DNA of 64,000 bases. Origin: Promethearchaeota archaeon. Lineage in GTDB: Archaea > Asgardarchaeota > Lokiarchaeia > Sigyniarchaeales > SOKP01. This document shows positions 15,001 through 24,000 of this stretch, one piece after another (position 1 is the stretch's first letter; every line of letters begins with the position of its first letter). Both the position numbers and the translations under genes were made by a program. The stretch lies in assembly GCA_030599585.1 (NCBI GenBank), contig JAUVNS010000018.1, positions 25,253 through 89,252 of the forward strand, in the 5' to 3' direction. Below the pieces are notes generated by a model. The model made no database searches. It was not told the DNA's origin and saw nothing but the letters and a program-made list of their open reading frames with translations.

Positions 15001-18000
15001 GTCGTTTGAGAATTACTATTGCTTGGAAGGGATATCCGTAGAACTTAACGATTCGACAGGCGTAATACCCGGTTTCACGCAATTCATCACTATCGAAGAA
15101 CTCGTAATGTGGGATTTTGACATTAAAATCGATCTCCCCTTTGAACCAAATAACGACTTGCAAACGATAGCGATCACCCCAATATTTGCAGATTCTGACG
15201 AATATTCTGAAGATAATATTCTAGGTATTCCACATTTTGAACTATTAGAATGGGACGAAGACCTAGTGGAAGGGGATATAGACCGCTACATTCCTATTCA
15301 GTTGGAGACCGAATTGATTACCGATTCTCCTTCTTTAGAAATTGCCTACTTGTTCAACGAAAATCTGCAATATTTAGCTTTACCTGAAGGAGTAGAGTTT
15401 AACTGGAGCGTAGACGACGACTTTTTAGGCGAAGGTCACTACACGCTTAACATTCCAGAAATTTTTGTTAACCCAGACGATACTTCTCAAAACGCCACTT
15501 TCGAAGATGGAGATGTTATTTTGTTTAGATACAACATTCCCGCTCAAAAATTGGTAAAGATAGGAATAAAAGAGATTTACTTTAACAAAAAACCATATAA
15601 TTACGATCAGTTATCCGTTCTTTCCGAATTTGTATTAGTAAACGCAAACGAAACGGATTCTGACTCTTATAATTACGACGAATTTACCGCTCCTTACAAC
15701 TACAACGCGAGTTTACGGTTAACTCCTTTTGACGACGAGTTTACTTCTTCCTACAAGAGCGTGGCAATTGATTTGAACATTTCAAGTTTAGAAGCATTTG
15801 CTATCGACGGATTCGTTGACTTTTCACACATATTATTTTCAGCTCCAAATCCTAATTACGAATTAACTGTCAGCCAAGTAGTTATCGTTCAAGAATTAGA
15901 AGGACTTTCCGATTTTGTGGAATTTTTCGATAGCCGAGTTTGGCAATTTACTGAGTTCGAGAAAGTTACTTCTAGCCCCGTACCTGAAAAGGATAATTAT
16001 AGTCTCGAACTACCAAACGATCCCATTTATTATCGAGACGCGGATGAAGGCAAGTGGTTAGAATTCATAAAGATTTACGACGAGAATTACAACTATTATT
16101 CCGCCGGAATTTCAGGAGACGAATATCAACTTCTTTGGTCCCCGGCAACCAAGAATTTCACTTGGAACCCTTCATTCGATAGATTCCAAGAATATTGGGG
16201 CATGCAGATAGAACTTCCGCAACTGATCCAATCAAATACAACTTTATACTTTGAATACTGCGCGAATGTTTCTTGGAGCAACGAAATCGATTTAGATTAC
16301 GAGAACATTCATTTCGACTCTTTCGAATTGATATACAATTACGATTATTTACTCACGCCTCGGTTCGAAGACTGGTACGGAGAACTAATAGATAATAGTA
16401 ACGACGGTTTCGATTACGAGATCGAACAATTCTATTCAGAAACTTTTGTTGTTTACACCGAAACTAACGAGTATTCGCACGCTTTTGAGACCGAGTACGA
16501 TTTCGAAGATGATTTCTTAAACCTTACTTTGTATAGCATAGTAGGATTATACGCCAACTTTACGGAAAAGATAATAGACGACGATAACGTGAATTACGAT
16601 GTAGTCTTTGACATACCAGCTAAAAACATTACAATTACTGATTTAATTTCAGGAGATGGATTATTAAACGAATTTGACGCCATTACGGTTGTTTTAAACT
16701 TTACTCACGGGCTCGACTCTACTAAGACCAAATTAAAATTTTCTGATTCCTTTAACCAGACCTATTTAGACGATATGGATGCTACTTTTTACGATTTTGT
16801 TTCAGGATCGTTTGAATACGCTACCAAATCAGGCGATTATTTATTTGTAGAGAGAGCGGAAACTATCGCTTCTGATAGCACCTCGTTTGTTTCAATTGAT
16901 TACACCAGAAATTCTGATCTTAGCATAAACCTAAACTTAGATAAATACAATACATCGGCGTTATTTGACAATTTCGAATTGTATTTAGACCCATATAACG
17001 TAATATACGAAGCAGACGCAGACATGGATGGTAGAAGAGACTTTAAACACGAGATCGATATAGATAAAAACGGAAGGGTTGACGTTATTAAATTTGGAGT
17101 GGAGAGCGAGACCGATTCTAATGAGATTATCTGGCACACCGCAATCAACGACTTTTTAGGAGACGAAACTGAATACGATCTAAAGTCAAGACCAAGAGAG
17201 ACCACAAAGTGGTTCGACCTGGACGACGCAATGTTCACCACCTCTACTTCGTTGTTTACCATCTTTTTTGCCGAGTTAGATTATTGGGGTAAAAAATACG
17301 TGGAACAGACTTACGCAACAGATCAATCTGTTGAGTCATCGTTTTATTCTATAATGGTTGACGACGATTACGATGGAACCGCCAACACCCAATATACTTA
17401 CGAAAAATCGAATTTTGTTCAATATACATACGTAATCAACAACGAAACGACTATTTTGGCAGCGAAACCTCAGAACATGTTCACATACATATACGCTAGC
17501 ATGGCAGAATGGATTGGGACTTTAGTTACCGGAGGGAGAGTCGATCCGATCTTTAACGAACAACTCACTCCGGAGATGATAGAAAGCGGCTCTTACCCGG
17601 GCGACTTCCATTGGCTCGCCCCAGACATAAGGGAAACCTTAACTCAGACATATAAGAAATATTCGATCGTGTCAACCAGACTCTATATAGAAAATTCCGT
17701 AAGCGAAAAAATAACCGTTAATAATTGGGAGAACGGAACCCTATTAGAAACTAGAATATACCAAGATTTGTTCAAAGACGATTCTATAGATTTGGGTATC
17801 GACCTTAGCCAGACCGTAACAAACTTAGAAACTGGGCAACAACAAGACATTCCTCTCGATTTCATTCCCGCAATCCAGACCGAACAAAATTCTTACGCCA
17901 TATGGGACGATGATTCTAACGTGCCGGGTAAGTTTGAGTCTTTAACCTCAGTAGATTTAGAATCTTCATCTAGCGATAGTAGTAATTTATTCGAGCGAGA

Positions 18001-21000
18001 TATACGCATAGTTATTCCTAGTAGAATTAACCCTTACAACGACTATAAAAAAAGCGTCTCGTTAAAAACATCTGGCACTTCCGACATGAGACTAAACATA
18101 ACAGGAATACATATAACGCCCGCTGACGGTAAAGTTTATTATAGTTCTGATAAGGAATCTTTCAAACTTAATGGTGGAGATGCAGCCAAAACCGAAGGAA
18201 GTTATTTCTACTACGATAGCGATCAGAACGGGTTCATGGAAACAGTTTACGTCCTATCTCCTGTAAAGGGCGCTGGGGACGACGCTTATTACGAGGTGGT
18301 GGCTATTGGCTTTAATTACGACGGCAAGCACGATTTCGTGCCGTATTCTAAGACTGAAATTGGTTCGCCTATCGAAAATTTAAACGAATTTAAAGATGTT
18401 CTTTCCCACGAAGTCTATCAGACGGGAGGCAATATCTTTGTGTTCTCTAAATTAGCAAGTGATACCGATCGCTTGTTCCCACCAGAAGATAGAGACGGAT
18501 ACGAAGTTAAAGATAACATATTTGAGATAAGAAAATTAATTACGCAGAGCGCCCAAAACGCCAGATTTTCCGAGCTTTTCTACGAAACCCGCCATAGAGA
18601 ATTTAATAGCCTTTGGGAAGTATTTGGTGAAAAATTTGAGCGCGATTTAAGCGAACAAGTAGCGATTTCTATAACTGCTGGAATAGCAGCAGCTATTGCG
18701 AGAGTTTTTACTTCAGATTTGGGAGCTATGGCCGTATATTTTGGCATATACACATCTCTTAGTTTGATTTCTAACGACGTGAAAGCACGCGAGGCGGAGG
18801 CGAAAATCAGATCTCAAACCTTTTACTCAGAAGACGCCGATAGCAACCAACCTAGATTTCTCAATAATAAATATCCTAAAGACGATATTTGGGGCGATAG
18901 CATGCCTGCTGCTCTGAGTGGACACCCTGGAACGTATTACGCTGAAGTTAGAGGAGGTCAAACGGGAAACGAATACTTAGGATACGTTGTTGCTGCACCC
19001 CCAAATGACGATCGGTGTTGGGGAGGTTCTAATAACTTCTTAGATTTTATCGGATCTAATTTCGACCTAGCTTGGACAGATACCTTACCGCAAGACGTTA
19101 ATCCCGACATTATGACTGGGTTAGACTTCGATTATCACAACTTAGACTTTTTAATGGTTGCCAGCGAGCTTTACTCTTACAACGACCAAGAACATTACAC
19201 CTACTTGGAAGGTCAAGAATTAGCCGATACAATGTTGGTATTAGAACCAGTTTACGAGGACTACGATTTTGAACAACTCCTGTCCTACGAGGACTACGAG
19301 CTTGAAGATTTTGTAAAACTTTATCTAACTGGTCCTGAAATTGTCTTAAGAATCATTCAAAACTACGATTCGTACAAGTTACGGCAAAACACTCTCGGCT
19401 ACTTAGAACACGAAATTACCGAAGCAACTAACGGCTCTCTCAATTCAATAAGACCAATAATTTCGGACGAAGCACCTCAATATGTTTTTGCTCAAGAAGA
19501 CGGAACTTCGCCTTTATCACCGCTTTTTAGCCCTCTTATAATAAGTTCCGCGAGATACGATCAACTGAGCGATTCTCGAAAGTTTGGTTATATTTTTGTA
19601 GATATTGCCTCTTCTGAGACGGCCAACACGAAAGGTATCGATTCAACCGACCTTCTAGACGAAGAAAGAGCGTTTTATTCCGCAAAAATACCGTTAGCCG
19701 ACATGTATGGGGCGTTTAATTACCCAATCGAAAGCGTAATATTACACAAAGTGGTAGATAAAGAAATAACTTCCAGAACTCTTAACCCCTCTGATTACGA
19801 AGTTCCCGAAAAAGTGCAAAACCTTTACTTCACCCACCCAATAAAAGACCTTATGGGTGATGAAGACTACCTCGCACACTCAATGACAAAAACCTATAGC
19901 GAAGAAACCGAAGTGCATTACATATGCGAGATCAAATTTGCTAAAATTATACCTGACGACGGCAACCTTTCAGAAGAAAATCAGAGAAATTTATTGGCTC
20001 AAACCACCATGTATCCTATCTTAGATTATTTCGATCAGTATACCTTTGCCGCTACGACAGCTAAAATGATCGGAGAGATTGCTTACACCGAAATTATAAC
20101 GGTTCAATCTACGTCGCGTTCAGCAATTATCGTAGCGATGGCAGGAGCTGCTGCCGCAACTCAAAAAAAGTTATCTGAAGAAGCGGTAGGGATGATCGCT
20201 CAAGTAGGGTCTTCGGTATGGTCCACTGCAGTATCCACTGCTCCATCGTCGATATTTTATAGTACTATAATCCAAATTGCTTCAGGAGCCACGAGAATCG
20301 TTGCCCAGACCGTAGCAGAGATGTTCGAAGAAATCATAGTTGACGGTTTCATCGAGACTTACTTCCAAAACTCTGCTCGAATGTTAGGCTGGACCGAAGG
20401 GGTCGGGAATTTGATTTCCACGCTTATGACCACGATTCGAGAAACCAACATGTTTGGTATTTTCAATCTAGGAGGGCAAGACACCAGCTCGCAAGGAGCC
20501 AACTCGCTCGACGTTAATTTAAACGCCCAGACCGAGCAAGAACTACAACACTCCTCGTTAACCGCAGAGCTATCCCAACTTATCGCGGAACGAGAGAACG
20601 ACCAGTCGTTTACCTTAGAAGAATTTCTAAAAGAGAACAAAGAAGGCGTAAGGTCAATTATGTCCGAATTCGGCTTAGTTCCGAGCAGGCACGAGACCAT
20701 ACTGAAGATGGCAGGCATCATAAGTTCAGGCATTTTTGCCGGGCTTTCAATGTTAGTTCCGGGACTAAGTTTTGCGGGCTTTAGTTTGTACGGGTTTAGT
20801 CCCATGATTAAACATCTAGGAGGAAAAATCGGCGGACAAGGAACTGGGTCTACAACTACGATGCGCGCAGCCCTACAGAACGCTAGAAAGAGCGAGATAT
20901 CGCAAGATATTGATGCGAAAATAATTAAACAGATGGAAGCAAAAAGCGGGCCCATCGACGCAATATTTAGGAGTAAGTCAGATCAAGCGGCAACTGTTAA

Positions 21001-24000
21001 ATCAATAGGGAGTATTAGCCACACGGGAAGAGCGGTCGAATACTTGGTAGACACCAAAGCCAAAGACTTTGACCCAAACACCTACTATGCATTACAATCT
21101 CAAGCCCAAACTTTCTACGAACCATCTTTGATAGTTAAAAACTTAGAAGCTCAAATAGAAACGACTAAATACATAGCAAAAGCAATCGAGTCTTTAGGAC
21201 TAATTAAACAGACTATTTCCGATATAGAAGAAAAGGTAGAGACTTCATCAGAAATTTCAAGCATAAATTTAGATACATCAGCTATAAAGAGTCCAATACC
21301 CATCGAAGACCCAATCACATGGCTTCTAGATGCAGATTACGAAGGGGACACTTACAAAAGAATTCTTTTACCCGGTCTACTTAAGATGACAGTTCCTGAG
21401 TTTAAACTTCTTGTAATGCAAGAATACGACGTTCAATATGCGATAGATATATTCTACGGTCCGATTAGCTACGTGGATCCAACGACTTACGATATCGAAA
21501 TCGGCAGAAAAGTCGGCTCTTTAGATATCTACAGTGATACTACAATGGGAGAGATATTAGAAGAATTAAACATTGATCCAGAGAACCCTCTAGAACATTT
21601 CTTCGTAGTGCCTAATACTGAGAGCACCGAAAATAGGGAAAATCTAGAACAAATGGTAGATTCTCCAGCTTATACATTATTTAAAGATGTTTTAAGCAGG
21701 AATTTTGAAGGTCGTGATAACGTCATTAAAGCGTTCGGAACTCCAGAAAAAGTAGCGTTTCTTTCCAAATTTTACCAAGAAGTTATTGGTTACCTAAAAA
21801 CGGCTATGATGGACAAATTCGGTATATCTGAACAAAATTTATTCAGCGAGTCAAGCGGTTTGATAAGGGGTTATGTAACACAAGATTTGCATGGTGACGA
21901 AGTGAAAGCAATTTGGGAAGAATCAGGAGCAACGACTGACGATAAAGCTCGATTCAACAAAAAAATAAAAGAATATATTGAAGACAGGTTTCTAAGTTAC
22001 ATAAAGGAAGATGGTTTCAAAAAGGGAGATTTTGACGTTTTAATAGAACATAGAATGGATGAGACGATATTATTATTCCTACTAAACGAAATGGATACCG
22101 AGGACACAACTCCTGAAGGTTTATATTCCAAGTTTAAAGAATTCTATTACGAATTCGACTCAATAGTAAGGGATTTGCACTCTGTAACTTACGATCTCAC
22201 TAATCCAGCTGGCTTGAACCTATTTATGCAAAATTTCTTACAAACCTTTTACTCTACTGCGCTAAAAGGTAAACCCTCTCATTATACTAATGCAAAAACC
22301 TTTATTGGTGAAATTCCCGAAACTGGAGCTGTTAGACATGCTATTATCAAGCTTGCAAGAAGGTATGCTACGCACGGATTTCAAGATTTTGACATTGGTC
22401 ACGATATGCAATACACAGCTCTAGGTCCTAAGGAAGATATCAACGATATCATAAGCGATTTAAAAGCGAAAAAAGAGATTGATAACTTTGGAATAGATAT
22501 AACCACCAGTTTTACCCCATTATTAGTAAACCACCAAGACGTTCTTTATACTCTGTCCCCTAATTTTATCTCTAGTTTAGAAGTCAAAAATTCACGAAGA
22601 ATTGATAGTATACATGCCATATACGATATAGGAATAGATGTTTTTAGAACGATCGACATCGATAAATATTTCTCGTTCGGTCTTGATAAAGTTCCTGTTA
22701 GATACGAGGACTTTTATTTACCTGTTTCTTCTGCGATGATACCTTCAATATTTTATAATATTTTTGGTACCCGCGATCCAAATAACATGAGGCATCTCGG
22801 TTTTAATGCTGATGGAACTATCACTAAAACGGGTGATCGAAAAGGAGATAGCGAATCATTATTCTTTCTACAAGTAACTAAAGCTCTTAATAATTTTATT
22901 AGCACACAATTCTCGGGACTAGATAAAAACGCTTTAAAATCAAATCTTAAAGAAGTTTTCGACTTTCTTTCTTTAGAAGAACCTTTAACATCGCCTAGTT
23001 TACCAATTTTCGGAAACTTTTTGGATTTCGCCCTTGATGAGCTTGAAGCGCTCCACAACAAGATTAGAGTGATAGCTTCCAGCGTCTTCGGTTCTAATAA
23101 AGCTTCCAAACTAACAACAGAATTCTACGAGGAAGCGTTATCTAAATTTTCAGATAATCTTGATAAACTAGTTCAAGACTCGGATAATGGAATTCGATTA
23201 ATATGGCGCGAGACCTTACGATGTTTCCTTGATTCTGGAATAATTTTAAGACCCAATATGCTCCCTTCTAGAAGTACAGGTTTTTTCGTAATCGATAAAA
23301 ACGGTAATAGACATTACAAAGGAGATCCAGAACTAGACTACAATTTCTTTATAAATCCCGGAGTAAACTTCGTTTTTGTTCACGATAAAGCTGGGAATAA
23401 CGGTATTATGGCAGTAACTCTCGAAGATAATCTATTGCCCGATGGGATTTTAGAAGGATATCGAGATACTATTACTTCCGAAGTTATTGATGGAGTTTAC
23501 ATTTGCGACGAAGAAGGAACTTTCTTCCTTTCGCGCGTTGGATATGACAATCAAGAATTCTTTATCCGCGACGAGGAATGGTACAAAGCAGGAAACGCGA
23601 TTTCTGGAGCAATTGAAAGCAACCAGCTTACCTATTGGAGGTCCGAAACTAAAATTACCGGAAACAGTATGACTTGCTTTTTACAGAAAACTTTTGCGAC
23701 GGTAAACGCTATAGAAGCATATATTCCTCCAATTAACGCTAAATTGTCTGCGAGTAGTGGAATTTCAACTATTTCTCAAGAAAATAATTTAATTTTCAAC
23801 CCATTAATTTCAGGAAAACTAATTACAACTGAAACTTTTGTTAAGACTTACATAAGTTTATTAGGCTTAAGAAATTTCTTTGGTTCTTCCTCTAGAGGGG
23901 CTTATGCTAATACATTCATAGCCGACAAATTACAACTATACAACTTAAAATTTGATCCGCTTATCGGTGAATCCCCTAACCCATCGACTCTAAGAAGCAA

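Noticed and set aside
19252-19305. Short duplication TACGAGGACTACGA (YEDY) in the giant gene
   Set aside because: A single 33-nt-spaced slippage duplication with no evident function.
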